From positions 12,836,850 through 12,899,654 of the forward strand of contig NC_068990.1 in NCBI RefSeq assembly GCF_001194135.2: DNA of 62,805 nt, given 5' to 3'. The translations under genes and the position numbers were made by a program. Below are positions 38,691 through 52,810 of the stretch, in pieces. The notes below the pieces were generated by a model. It did not search any database and was not told where the DNA came from. It saw nothing but the letters and a program-made list of their open reading frames with translations. This DNA is from Octopus bimaculoides. Taxonomy: Eukaryota. Positions within the stretch are counted from its first letter, which is position 1, and each line of letters starts with the position of its first letter.

Positions 38691-39104
38691 GGCGTAGGAG
38701 TGGCTGTGTGGTAAGTAGCTTGCTTATGAATCACATGGTTCCGGGTTCAGTCCCACTGCGTGGCACCTTGGGCAAGTGTCTTCTACTATAGCCTCGGGTC
38801 GACCAAAGCCTTGTGAGTGGATTTGGTAGACGGAAACTGAAAGAAGCCCGTTGTATATATGTATATATATATATGTATGTATGTGTGTGTAGATGTTTGT
38901 GTGTCTGTGTTTGTCCCCCAACATCGCTTGACAAACGGTGGTGGCGTGTTTACGTCCCCGTAACTTAGTGGTTCAGCATAAGAAACTGATAGAATAAGTA
39001 CTAGGCTTCCAAAGACTAAGTCCCGGGGTCGATTTGCTCGACTAAAGGCGGTGCTCCAGCATGGCCACAGTCAAATGACTGAAACAAGTAAAAGAGTAAA
39101 AGAG
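38691..39104 (+). mobile_element. Full-length tRNA-derived SINE, family A (tRNA head, CORE-like block, central microsatellite, 3' half)
   Basis: ggcgtaggagtggctgtgtggtaag...ggttccgggttcagtcccactgcgtggcaccttgggcaagtgtcttctactatagcc...(TA/TG)n...gtgctccagcatggccacagtcaaatgactgaaacaagtaaaagag. Confidence 0.9.
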
Positions 39105-40634
39105 TATATGTACAGTATGTGTGTGCTTGTCTTTCCTGTAACCTAGTGGTTTGGCAAAAGAGACCAATAGAAAAAGTACCAGGGTTAAGAAAAATAAGTG
39201 GTGGGTTTGATTTGTTCAACTAAAATTCTTCAAGGTGGTGCCCTGCATGGTTGCAGTCTAATGAGTGAAACGAGTAAAAGAAAGATGCAACGGGGCCAGT
39301 TACCATTGTATATCTAGATTTGCATCACACAAGCTTCATTGACATTTTTGATAAACTCTTAAACCCCAGTAAAAAAGTTGTCCATTTGTTGGCTACACAG
39401 CCTCGTCTTACACCAAGTAATATGATGCTGAATAAAACAATTCTAGGATATAAATTTGAAACAATATGAATGCTTAAGGTTCAAGTATTTTCACAAGCAT
39501 GGCATAAAATGAGAAAAAAGTGGATAGGATGTGCCTGAGCATGGCTTGGAATAGGTCAAAGAAGTAAAGTAAAAATTAAGTATGCTCTTGAGTCCTAAGA
39601 TTGACAGAGCTGGTTACCTAGTTTCTATGACATATAAGTGACCGGGGTCACAACAGTTCCACTGAATGCAGCATACCTGAGTGAACTGAAACAACATGAA
39701 ATGAAGCATAGTTAATAAAGATAGAAGCAGTATCAATGCCAAAAGGCAATCTTTATATCCTACTTAATGTGGATGTTTTGTTAGAACACTGAATACTGCA
39801 TTATTTACCTAGAGAAAACCTATCATATAGACTCATAGTGCATAAAAGCACTTGCTTTTATATCATTGACTGATGAGAATCCTCTTCTACAGCTTCTAAA
39901 TCACATGATTTTGCCATTTTAAGCTCATCAGTGGCAGACATCTGGTAGTAACATAAAAGTGAAATCTCTCCGTCAATGTTAAATAAAGTTTCAGTGACTT
40001 TTCAGACACTGATGTCACATGCTTCTAAAAATAATAATTAAGGTGGTGCACCACCTGTGTCTGGAATGGAAACTCTGTGCTTGTGATATATATTATAAAT
40101 ATTATATATACTATATATATTCTATATACTTAATTAATTCAATAATAGGATAAAAATCTTTTACAAGAATTTTATCAAGTACCTTTTTTATATATTATAT
40201 ATATANNNNNNNNNNNNNNNNNNNNNNNNNNNNNNNNNNNNNNNNNNNNNNNNNNNNNNNNNNNNNNNNNNNNNNNNNNNNNNNNNNNNNNNNNNNNNNN
40301 NNNNNNNNNNNNNNNNNNNNNNNNNNNNNNNNNNNNNNNNNNNNNNNNNNNNNNNNNNNNNNNNNNNNNNNNNNNNNNNNATACATGAGTAAGTACATAA
40401 ATGCAAAACAAGGTGGAATAGAATAGTGCTCAAATACCAGAGGTAGAGTAATATGTTTTATCTAATTAATACTGTGCAAGGTCATCACAAAAAAAACTGT
40501 TACTCAGAGTTTCCTATTCCCGTTTGTCAGGCAGTTGTGACCAAGAATCTTGATCACAACTAAATGGGAATGTGAAACTCTGAGTAGCAGATTTTTTGTG
40601 ATGTTCTTGCAGCTTTAATAAATAAAAGTGTGTG

Positions 40635-40668
<34 letters not shown>

Positions 40669-41383
40669 CATATGTGTGTGTACATATGTGAGCAAATTTG
40701 GTTATATGTAAATATGTGCATGTATGCATGTACATTTACATACAGAAACATATGCAGATTCACAGTGTTGTATAAGTATGCTGTTATTTTCTCATTACTA
40801 TTTGATAACATTTTACTGTCATAGATAACATATTTTTAAGTAGAACAGAGATTAGTATATTGGTAAATTATCTTTCAACAGGGACAAAGAAAGATAAGTG
40901 CAGGATAAAAAGAAATTGGGAGAAAGAAAGAGAGAGAAAGACAGAGAGAGAGACAGAATGAGTGAGTGAGAGAGAAAGAGAGAGAGTAAGAAATTGAGAG
41001 ACTCAAGGAGAATGGGGAGAGCAAAATTAATTATTCCATGAATCTTCTTCACATTTTTCTTGAAGAATTTCCCATTTTAAATTTTGTTATTTAAAATAGA
41101 AAGAATGGATATTTTTCTTGACTTTTGTTTATTACTATTTTTGTGTGTGTGTGTGGGTGTGGGTGTGGAAGGAGAAATATATCGAAATTATTTTGAAAAT
41201 TCATTGCAAATTATTACTTCCAAATATAGTATGGTAATGAATTTCTAAATTATGAATAAAAAAGGTTATTCTGTGATTTTATTGTCTAAATGTGTTGTCT
41301 TCTGAAGGAAATGAAATTTTGGTCTACTTAATATTAGATAGCGATTTAAACTCCCTTATAGACATTTTAATGACATTAGATAT

Positions 41384-41428
<45 letters not shown>

Positions 41429-41989
41429 TTAATAATAATAATAACGATTATAATAATAATAAATGCCCTGATGCAATATCAGGCAGTGGCTCTCATGGCT
41501 TCTGATCTTAACTGATTGGAAGTCTTATCATGTACACTGTTTTGGTACCACAGATTTGCTCTGTGTTTTTTTAAATTAATTTTAAATATAACAAAGAATT
41601 TAGTAAAATAACTTAGTTATCATTAAGCTAGTTTTAGGAACATAAATTGTGAAGATTTTAATTCAAAACTTATGAAAACAAGACACTTGTACAACAGAGC
41701 CAGAAGCGGTTTTGGCCAAATTGGTATTGAAAGGGTTATTCTTAGTCTTTACATTCTGTGTTCAAATTCTGCTGAGGTTATCTCTACTTTTCATACTCCC
41801 CGCAATCAATATGATAATGCATCAGTCAGTTACTGGAGTCAATTTAATTGAATAATGCCTTCCCCACCCTTGTGTCTATGGATCTCTTTACAGCCATCTA
41901 TAGTTTTCTCTAGATGTGGCCCCATAATGTTTACTTTGCAGTAGCATTAACTCAGATATTGGAGAAGTACTCCATCGTAGGTCTTGCCC

Positions 41990-42213
41990 GGTGCTCTGTC
42001 AGTTACAGCAATGAGTGTTTTAGTTGATCCGATCAATGGAACAGCCTGCTCATGAAAGAAACATGCAAATGGCCAAACACTCCACAGACATGCATTTTTG
42101 CCAGCTGGACCAAAGTGAAATAAAATGTCTTGCTCGAAGACACAACACACCACATGGGATAGAACTCACAACCTTACATTTGTAAGTGAAACACCATAAC
42201 CACTAAGCCATGT
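41990..42213 (-). mobile_element. tRNA-derived SINE (head type B, tail Y), older
   Basis: Head and CORE-like block as in 36132-36471; the tail block agttgatccgatcaa.g.aacagcctgct is as in 42363-42748. Confidence 0.75.
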
Positions 42214-42362
42214 ATAGGTCTTATTTGAGCTTTATAGACACCAAGTAACTGATGAAAGCTGGAGTGTCTCCTTTGAGTGCTAAATCTCACAGTGGTTGTG
42301 CGTTTCAGCAGCACATTTCTCGTTATTTGAGGATCATGTCAATGTAGGTTGTACTTAGGCTT

Positions 42363-42748
42363 CGTTGTTGTTGGCACTCCGTCGCTTACAACGTCAAGGG
42401 TTCCAGTTGATCCGATCAACAGAACAGCCTGCTTGTGAAATTAACGTGCAAGTGGCTGAGCACTCCACAGACACGTGTACCCTTAACGTAGTTCTCGGGG
42501 ATATTCAGCGTGACACAGTGTGACAAAGCTGACCCTTTGTATTACAGGCACAACAGAAACAGGAAGTAAGAGTGAGAGAAAGTTGTGGGGAAAGAGTACA
42601 GCAGGGTTCACCACCATCCCCTGCCGGAGCCTCGTGGAGCTTTAGATGTTTTTGCTCAATAAACACTCACAACACCCAGTGTGGGAACCGAAACCGCGAT
42701 CCTATGACCGTGAGTCTGCTGCCCTAACCACGGGGCCATTGCGCCTCC
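42363..42748 (-). mobile_element. Young tRNA-derived SINE (head type A, tail Y) with TSD
   Basis: Minus-strand head ggaggcgcaatggccccgtggttagggcagc...ggtttcggttccc and tail gacggagtgccaacaacaac. TSD TTAGGCTT at 42355-42362 and 42749-42756. Confidence 0.85.
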
Positions 42749-43239
42749 TTAGGCTTGGTAAAGGGTTAACAACTGATCAATGATGAAATATATTCTAGTT
42801 TTGAAGATCTTTAGTCTTTGTGTTTTAGATTTCGCAAAAGCTCGACATAATTCATCAGAAACCACTGCTATGTTTCTGATAAGGTTTCAGTTTTTTATTA
42901 TTTATGTAGAGTAAAAGCACATGGATGAGACTATTTCCTTGAAATGTGTCATCTTTTTATGTTACTGTTGAATGAAACTAGGTAATTCTGAGTCAAGTGA
43001 ATTATTTTCTATTAGTTTCTATTGATGTGAACAGTTTGTTTGTTTGAAGTCACTTGGTTGCCTGTGTGTAGAATGTTGAATAAAAGTGCAGAGTTTTATC
43101 ATTTGTATAAGACTGTGAATAGATTGAAGTAACTAATTCGCTCGGTAATGTACATGAGGAATATCTGGGAGGCAAAAGTGAACATTACAGTACAAGCTTG
43201 TAATATTCATATATACATGTATGTATGTATGTGTGTATG

Positions 43240-43270
<31 letters not shown>

Positions 43271-43303
43271 ATGTATGTGTGTGTGTGTGTGTGNNNNNNN
43301 NNN

Positions 43304-43361
<58 letters not shown>

Positions 43362-43600
43362 TAAAAATACACATTAAGTACCAGACATCACCAGCGAGTG
43401 AAAAATATGTAAAACACACATGAGATAAGTACAAGACAAATACAAAAAAAGACACACATTAGATAGATAGATAGATATATATATATATAGATAGATAAGG
43501 AGATAGGGAGATAGATAGAGAGAGAGAGAGAGAAAGAGAGAGAAAGATAGATGGAGAGAGAGATAGAAAGAGAGTGAGAGATAGAGAGAGAGATAGAAAA

Positions 43601-43631
<31 letters not shown>

Positions 43632-44507
43632 AAAAGAGAGATAGAGAGAGAGATAGAAAAAGAGAGATAGATAGATAGATATGTGTGTTTTCTGTATGTG
43701 TATGTGTGCGATACTGACTCATCATGTATACATATGTTAATAGGAAGCAATGGGCATGAGTGCTAAACACCACATTGGTGAATAATGATTCTTTATTAGT
43801 GTATTAAGGTTACCATTGGTTTCATGCTATGGAATGCCTCAGCAATTATCTAGCCTATCACGTGAGACATCAGTATTCGTTTCCATTTTAGATAAAAGCA
43901 CTTATATACACGAGTGCAAGTCTGTGTGTGTGTATGTGAGTGTTTGTGTCTTCTTGTAGTGACATTACAAGATAGTTGTAAAATGTGTGCTGCCATCATA
44001 CAAGCAGTGTCCTTTCCTTTCTAATATTCTATACAAACATGTCCAGCCATGGAGAAAACATTAACTTAGTTGGAAACAGGTAAGAGTTCTCAAGTAGAAG
44101 GGCATCTGGCAGTAGCTAATCTGCATCAGTTATTTCTTTCTATCCCATGGGAGCATGAACAAGAGAATGCTAAAACCATGATGATAAATATATTTAAGTA
44201 AGAACACAAATGTTCTCCCAGTTCTGTATTTAAGAGATGAAGAATTATGTACATTATTTACATTAGACGGATATTTGTTAACAACAAACAAGATGAGGAC
44301 AAATATCCGTCAAATGTAAATAAATAATGTACAAATGTTCATATTTTACACCATTCCTGGAATCTTCCTTAAGTTATACGTGCATATAAATATGTGTATG
44401 TATGTGTGTGTATTGTGTATATATATGTATATATTTGTGCATATATGTATATATACAGTGGGCCATGGAAGTGCATGCTGATGTACATCTGAGCATGATT
44501 TTACATA

Positions 44508-44855
44508 TTTCTTTTATTTGTTTCAGTCATTTGACTGCAGCCATGCTGCAGTACCACCTTTAATCGAACAAATTGACCCCAGGACTTATTCTTTGTGAAC
44601 CTAGTACTTATTCTATCAGTATCTTTTGCCGAGCTGCTAAATTACAGGGACATAACAATACCAACATCGGTTGTCAACTGATGGTTGGGTAACACACACA
44701 GACACACAGTTTCCGTCTGCCAAATCCACTCACAAGGTTTTGGTCGGCCCAAAACTATAGTAGAAGACACTTGATCAAGCTACTACACAGTGGGACTGAA
44801 CCTGGAACCATGTGGTTGGGAAGGAAGCTTCTTACCTCACAGCCACTCCTATGCC
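44508..44855 (-). mobile_element. SINE family A with the central microsatellite largely absent
   Basis: The 3' half (acacacacagacacacag) joins directly to the head (tttccgtctgccaaatcc). Confidence 0.85.
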
Positions 44856-45790
44856 TATATACATGTATGATTATATTGAAGAGTATATTGATCTGTTTGT
44901 GTGCATGTTTATGTAAATGGTATGATAAGTCTGTATATATACAGCAATATATGTGTGAGTTTCTATGATATGCTTTTCTCAACCCTAATTTGGTCTCCTT
45001 GTTAAAATACATCGATTCAACAGGATCCTGTAATCAAGTAATTAATAATAGCAACTTCATCATCGTTATCATTTGGCCTCCGCTTTCCATACTGGCATGG
45101 ATTAAACAGTTTGACTGGAACAGTTAAGCTGGAGAGCTGTGCCAGGTTACAGACTGGTTTGGCATGGTTTCTACAGCTGGATGCCCTTCCTAATTTCATT
45201 TCAACCACTCCAAGAGTGTAGTGGGTGTCTTTTGTGTGTCACTGGCACAAGTGCCTTATATATATATATATATATATATANNNNNNNNNNNNNNNNNNNN
45301 NNNNNNNNNNNNNNNNNNNNNNNNNNNNNNNNNNNNNNNNNNNNNNNNNNNNNNNNNNNNNNNNNNNNNNNNNNNNNNNNNNNNNNNNNNNNNNNNNNNN
45401 NNNNNNNNNNNNNNNNNNNNNNNNNNNNNNNNNNNNNNNNNNNNNNNNNNNNNNNNNNNNNNNNNNNNNNNNNNNNNNNNNNNNNNNNNNNNNNNNNNNN
45501 NNNNNNNNNNNNNNNNNNNNNNNNNNNNNNNNNNNNNNNNNNNNNNNNNNNNNNNNNNNNNNNNNNNNNNNNNNNNNNNNNNNNNNNNNNNNNNNNNNNN
45601 NNNNNNNNNNNNNNNNNNNNNNNNNNNNNNNNNNNNNNNNNNNNNNNNNNNNNNNNNNNNNNNNNNNNNNNNNNNNNNNNNNNNNNNNNNNNNNNNNNNN
45701 NNNNNNNNNNNNNNNNNNNNNNNNNNNNNNNNNNNNNNNNNNNNNNNNNNNNNNNNNNNNNNNNNNNNNNNNNNNNNNNNNNNNNNNNNN

Positions 45791-45843
<53 letters not shown>

Positions 45844-46188
45844 TGACCTCAGTCGCATGGCTGAAATGAATAAAAAAATAAAAGAATATATATATATAAT
45901 GTGATTTCAAGTAATGACAAGGTGCTTTTTGGAGTATGAACATGCAGTTAATTAGAAAGACTTTCGGTAATTGGGTTGTAGTGGGAACTGTATTTTGAAT
46001 ATCAGGCTGATGATATGCACAGAAGACTGGATTGAAATTTGAACTGAAGAAAATAAAGTGTCACAATCAAATACTGTAAGGTTTTCATCCATTATTCTAT
46101 CCTTTCTGCCAGTTCACACCCTCTCACCCATCACTCTCTCTCTCTCTTTCTCTCTCTCTCTCTTTATGTTCATGTCTCTGTGTGTATA

Positions 46189-46236
<48 letters not shown>

Positions 46237-46270
46237 GTATGTATATATATGTTTGTACANNNNNNNNNNG

Positions 46271-46331
<61 letters not shown>

Positions 46332-46426
46332 GTGTGTGTGTGTGTATAAATTTGTGTGTGTATGTGTGTGTATTGCGTATATATGCATATATATTTGTGC
46401 ATATATGTATATATATATATATGTGG

Positions 46427-46461
<35 letters not shown>

Positions 46462-46919
46462 ATTATTCATATTTATATAACTGTATATGTGTATGTATAT
46501 ATGTACATATATATATGTATGTATGTATGTATACTATGTGTGTATGTATATATATGACCACATGCATGCACAAATTGATATATAGCAAAATGCACGTAGT
46601 CATTCAAAAATGCATACAACACATGTGCACATAGCTGAGCTGGTTGTGTACTACTACTGCATTATCTAATAAGAATAATGGTTTATGGCGGTGTATAATT
46701 TCTAGCTTTTGCTCAATGGATTCCTGTCAACACAAACTAATATCACTTGAGAGCATTTTGCACTGGCCATCACTTGAAAACTTCAGGCTGTAATAAAGAT
46801 AACTAATCCAACTGTATAAATGATAGTTTATGAACCACATATTTACGATATTGAAAATATATATGTGCAAGAAATATTGCTCTCTTTATCTTCCTTTTGC
46901 TCTCACATGTGTGGGTGTA

Positions 46920-46954
<35 letters not shown>

Positions 46955-47853
46955 NNNNNNNNNNNNNNNNNNNNNNNNNNNNNNNNNNNNNNNNNNNNNN
47001 NNNNNNNNNNNNNNNNNNNNNNNNNNNNNNNNNNNNNNNNNNNNNNNNNNNNNNNNNNNNNNNNNNNNNNNNNNNNNNNNNNNNNNNNNNNNNNNNNNNN
47101 NNNNNNNNNNNNNNNNNNNNNNNNNNNNNNNNNNNNNNNNNNNNNNNNNNNNNNNNNNNNNNNNNNNNNNNNNNNNNNNNNNNNNNNNNNNNNNNNNNNN
47201 NNNNNNNNNNNNNNNNNNNNNNNNNNNNNNNNNNNNNNNNNNNNNNNNNNNNNNNNNNNNNNNNNNNNNNNNNNNNNNNNNNNNNNNNNNNNNNNNNNNN
47301 NNNNNNNNNNNNNNNNNNNNNNNNNNNNNNNNNNNNNNNNNNNNNNNNNNNNNNNNNNNNNNNNNNNNNNNNNNNNNNNNNNNNNNNNNNNNNNNNNNNN
47401 NNNNNNNNNNNNNNNNNNNNNNNNNNNNNNNNNNNNNNNNNNNNNNNNNNNNNNNNNNNNNNNNNNNNNNNNNNNNNNNNNNNNNNNNNNNNNNNNNNNN
47501 NNNNNNNNNNNNNNNNNNNNNNNNNNNNNNNNNNNNNNNNNNNNNNNNNNNNNNNNNNNNNNNNNNNNNNNNNNNNNNNNNNNNNNNNNNNNNNNNNNNN
47601 NNNNNNNNNNNNNNNNNNNNNNNNNNNNNNNNNNNNNNNNNNNNNNNNNNNNNNNNNNNNNNNNNNNNNNNNNNNNNNNNNNNNNTGTGTGTGTGTGTGT
47701 GTGTATAATCATCACCATCATATTAACATGCACTTTTCCATACTTCCATGGATGGAGTTTATTGAAGCAGATTTTCTATGTGCAGATGCCCTTCCTGTCA
47801 CCAACCCTGACAAAAAGACACAAACACAGGCACACACAAAACATATATATACA

Positions 47854-47886
<33 letters not shown>

Positions 47887-48363
47887 TTGCTGGTGCCATA
47901 TAAAAAGCACTCTGTGCACTACATAAAATGGTTGGCATTAGGAAGGGCATCCAGCATTAAAAGCCTTGCCAAAACTGATAGTACAGGATGGTCCAGTTCT
48001 TTGGTTTGCTAGCTGCCATCAGATCATCGAATATATGCCAGTCTGAAAAACAGACATTTGATAATGATGATGGCATACATCTACAATTATGTGGTTTGGA
48101 AACAAACTTCTTACCACAGAACACAACAAGATTGCATACAGTTTCTCTTACCAATTCCATTTCCAGTTCATAAGCCTAGAGCTATAATTAAAGGGTGTTG
48201 TTCAAGGATAACTGAAGTGCCACCCAAGCAGTTGGAACCTGAGTCTATGTGGTTAACAATGAAATGAAACCCATATCTGTACAGCTATTCCTGCACCTCT
48301 CTGTATATATGTATGTATGTATGTATGTATGTACGTGTGTGTGTGTATGTGTGTGTATGTATA

Positions 48364-48444
<81 letters not shown>

Positions 48445-49441
48445 CAAATGTAAGAAAGGTGAAGGAACAAGTATTAGTTTTATGCTCAGGAAGAATGGAA
48501 ANNNNNNNNNNNNNNNNNNNNNNNNNNNNNNNNNNNNNNNNNNNNNNNNNNNNNNNNNNNNNNNNNNNNNNNNNNNNNNNNNNNNNNNNNNNNNNNNNNN
48601 NNNNNNNNNNNNNNNNNNNNNNNNNNNNNNNNNNNNNNNNNNNNNNNNNNNNNNNNNNNNNNNNNNNNNNNNNNNNNNNNNNNNNNNNNNNNNNNNNNNN
48701 NNNNNNNNNNNNNNTATATATATATATATATATATATCATCATCATCATCATCATTTAAAATCTGTTGTCCATGCTAGGATGAGTTGGACGGTTTGACGA
48801 GGGCTGGTGAGCTGAGGGGCTGCACCCGACTTCACTCTGATTTGGCATGGTTCTATGGCTAGATGCCTTTCCTAACGCCAACCAGTCCAAGATTGTAATA
48901 CTTGCTTTTATGTACCACCAGCATGGATGCTAGTTGTGTGACACTAGTATCTGCCACAACTACGATTTCACTAGGCTTGATGGGTCTTCTACTCAGGTAT
49001 GGTATATTGTCAATGGTTTTGGTCGTACATACCACTGACACAGGAGCTAATTACACAACGCCAGCATCAGCCACATTACATCTGTGAGACCTAAGGCTTG
49101 AAAAGTACTTTCAGAGAGAGAGGGAAGTGTACAAATTACCTTGGCCATAAATGTGTTAAACTCTTTTTGTATAAGTCTAGCTCGCTGATTACTAAATAAT
49201 TTAGGACAATTGTCAAGCTGATGAGAGCTACAAACATGCATTCACAATTGTCCTTTCTTCACACAGTAAGCCTGGACATTTACCTTAATGGTTTGTCTAC
49301 TTTAGAGAATTTGTAGTTCTTGAAACTGTCTCACCATCTCAAGTGGAACTAATCTTAAATGTCAATTGGTAATTGAGACACATCATCCATCTAGAGGTTG
49401 AGATAATTTTATTAAATCAAAATTTTACAATGTACAGCTTT

Positions 49442-49480
<39 letters not shown>

Positions 49481-49859
49481 ACACATGGATATTTTGAATT
49501 TTATTGAGACAGCCTCTGTATTATGCAAATCTTTCAATATTAAAAAATATTGCTGCAGCCTGGAATTACATATCACGGAAGCCAGAGCAAAAATAAGAAC
49601 ACTTCCATAGAGCTTATTGGATTAATTATTTAATTATTGAGTTAATTATTTTGTCACACTTCTATGATCTGTGTACTAAATTTTATGCTTGTACTTTACT
49701 CTTCAGTGACCAGTCCTTATTCTAGCTTATGTGTATGTCTCCCTTTTGAATATGAGCAGAGTTGACCCGGAGCAAAGCTGTTTTAATTTCTAAGCTTTCA
49801 TTGTCTTTGTTTAACTCTATGCCTACCACACCTATTTCATCAGACCTATGCCAAAATAC

Positions 49860-50018
49860 ATCATCATCATCGTTTAACGTCCGCTTTCCATGCTAGCATG
49901 GGTTGGACGATTTGACTGAGGACTGGTGAAACCGGATGGCAACACCAGGCTCCAATCTAATTTGACAGAGTTTCTACAGCTGGATGCCCTTCCTAACGCC
50001 AACCACTCAGAGAGTGTA

Positions 50019-50020
<2 letters not shown>
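49860..50020 (-). mobile_element. Short 5'-truncated 3' ends of the RTE LINE with (GAT)n tails. Other copies: 20113-20385, 23400-23690, 27115-27300, 30590-30870, 31878-32100, 45055-45255, 48735-49095 (all -) and 47885-48070 (+)
   Basis: Shared blocks (cat)n-tttaacgtc.gctttccatgc and ggatgcccttcctaa.gccaaccac. The longer copies reach the AVLEKT-type ORF2 end also seen at 60235-60290. Confidence 0.8.
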
Positions 50021-50103
<83 letters not shown>

Positions 50104-50443
50104 CATCTACATATATATATATTCAAATACTGTGGATGTAATTTCCTCGTAAGGGAATTTTTTTTTAGTCTAGATATCAACTGCTGTTATCAAATATATA
50201 TATAATATAATATAGAGAAAATGGAGAGTTTGAATACAGCAAAATCAATTTATTTACATAACTGTCAATTACATGAGGCCTACAATTGTTTCAATATCCA
50301 CCTTCATTCATTTTACGATTAACAATTGCATTTTGAATTCAAAAAGTAGAGATCTCTTCAGGGCTAAAATCAACATATTTCTTTACATCCTAACAGATGC
50401 ATCTTTTTGTGTGAGTGTGAGCGTGTAAAGTTTCATCTTCATA

Positions 50444-50679
50444 TTGTTGTATCTGAGGAAAGTCATTAAACCAATATAATTAACACACACACAGGTTCAA
50501 TTCGAATCTATCATTAAATATCTGATTGTTTTGTTTGTGTTTGTCAAAGCTCTTTCGTTGCTTCTTGTAACATCTTCGGTGACTGTAGTCATGACAATCA
50601 GATATTTAATGAATGAGTGGAATTGAACACGATTGTGTGTTAATTATATTAGTGCAATGACTCTCCCTAGACATAACAA
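50444..50679. repeat. Long imperfect inverted repeat, probably a fold-back MITE; a related arm lies at about 62545-62645
   Basis: Arms of about 85 bp, e.g. tcattaaatatctgattgt / acaatcagatatttaatga and aatataattaacacaca / tgtgtgttaattatatt, with a 64-nt spacer. Confidence 0.8.
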
Positions 50680-50855
50680 AATTTGTTTCAACACACGAAT
50701 CTACTTTAAAAATTTTGCAAACCAGATATGGAAATGAAGTATATATATATTCTACGTATTCCTTGATTTCAAATTCAGATTTCTAATCCTACTTTATGTT
50801 GTGAAGACCTGGTTATCTTCCTATTTAATTGCCTTCCAGAGGGCATCATTCATGC

Positions 50856-50930
<75 letters not shown>

Positions 50931-51011
50931 TGCATATAATTTAATATAATAGTTATCTCTCACCAGGTGGAGTACTTTCATTGTTGATCTTTCTATCATG
51001 GAACAGTACAT

Positions 51012-51099
<88 letters not shown>

Positions 51100-51385
51100 G
51101 TTATTGTTTGTTCCTTCTCGAGCCATGCCTGGCTCATAAGGGCCTTTTTTCCAGTTTCAGTGGGATATAGGATCCCCACCTGGACAGGACTGCAGTCCAT
51201 CGCAGGTGAGCTGCTAGATGCTTGTGGCGAAAGTGTCAGCAGAAGTTCACCATTACCTTCTGTTGGAGCCATGTAGAGCTTAGACGTTTCGCAAATAAAC
51301 ACACACACATCACCCCATCTGAGATTTGAACTCATGATCCTTCAACTGCGAATCCACTGCCTTAACCACTAGGCCATGTGCCTCC
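51100..51385 (-). mobile_element. tRNA-derived SINE (head type A) with a V-domain-like central motif
   Basis: Minus strand: A box tggcctagtgg, B box gagttcaaatc, motif CCTGCGATGGACTGCAGTCCTGTCCAGG at 51206-51179, and tail atgagccaggcatggctcgagaaggaac-(aac)n. Confidence 0.8.
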
Positions 51386-52810
51386 ACCCCACCCCCCACA
51401 CACACACATACACAAATGTATATATATATATACAAACGTATACATACACATATATATGCATGCATACTTGCATTATATATGAATGCGTCCTTCCACTTTT
51501 AAGGCTGTAGTGTGTGATTTTGGTGAGATTTGGCTGTTACTTCATGTAGGTGGATTAAGCATATAAAGGTTATCCACTTCACGTTGGCTCATGCATACTT
51601 TCTTGTATGTATTTATTGGTATATGACAATGGTGAGAGTTACAGAAGTTATAGTATATATCCGACTCAGTGTGTATGTGTGTATCTGTATATTATATATT
51701 GGTGTTTGATCATGTGACGTAGTCTTATTGATTCATTTGTTCTGTTATCTTATTTCATATATATATATATTTATATATATATATATATATTTTTTTTCTT
51801 AGTTGATATTATTATTCTTGGTGATGCCTATGTTGTTGGAACCATATATTTTACTGGTTCAGATCCAATATGTTGGAGATGCAGGAGGTACAGACATTAT
51901 ATACACATCTATCCTCCTTCTCTCTCTCTCCCTCACTCTTTTTGTTCCCACCTCTTTCGCTCCCTCCCTCCCTCCCTCTCCCCTTTCCTCCTCTCTGAAC
52001 AACTCTCCAGATGTATCCGATACGTTGCTAGATTTATAGCCTTTGTTGCCTTACGGTTTCATCTGTTATATTTTCCCTTCTATTTCTTCTTTTCCATTTT
52101 CCCTTCATTTCCCTCCTTTTTCCTTTCCTCTTGTTTTGTCTCTTTTAGGGTCACACTGACTTAAGATCACCTGGCTGCTTCTATCCTCCTCCTCCTCCTC
52201 CCCCACCACTTCCACCCCACCCCACTTCCATCCTACCCCACCCCCACCTCCCAGTTGCACAAATCCTTTTCAATTCTTCATTTGAGTCCTTTGGTTTGTT
52301 TTAGGATTACACTTAACACCATACTGGAGCACTGCATTCAAATCTATGTAGTTATATATTTTTCCTCTTATTTTAACTAATGGTTTGCTAGCTCAAAAAA
52401 AGCAAAAAACGCAATATCAATAACAATCCTTGCACTATTTGTTCCGGTTCTTTACATTTTAGGTTCAAATCCCACTGAGATCAATTTACTCTTTCATCCT
52501 TTCATCATAAAATAAGGGACCTGTCTTTGAACAGGTCTTGATGGTGATGTCAAACTCCCTCTCTATAAAACTGCTGGCTTTGTGTCTAAGCCAGAAAACA
52601 TTATATTACAATACACTTGAGCCAATGAGGGAGCCTTTATAGTGTCAAATCACTCGGTTTTCTAGAAATAGCAACCAAGTCTCTCTCAAGTTACACCTCA
52701 TATTACCTTAAGAATGGTAAGAACGTTACAGGATGTAGTTCAAGATACATGGGAATACTTAAGGAAAACTGGAATCTCTTTGGTCATAGGTTTGCATACT
52801 TCTTCAGCGC

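Noticed and set aside
39869-39932. ACTGATGAG...CTCATCAGT inverted repeat around ATCACATGAT, resembling hammerheads on both strands
   Set aside because: G12 is missing on both strands (TAAA and AAAA instead of GAAA), H17 would be U, and stems I and II are poor. Chance in AT-rich DNA is plausible.
42815-42870. Minus-strand CTGATGA-N18-GAAA-TC-TA pattern
   Set aside because: Stem II does not pair at its closing position and stem III is a single base pair.
52186-52251. C-rich tract with G-quadruplex potential on the minus strand
   Set aside because: Low-complexity CCT/CCCCA drift is common in this genome and there is no evidence of function.
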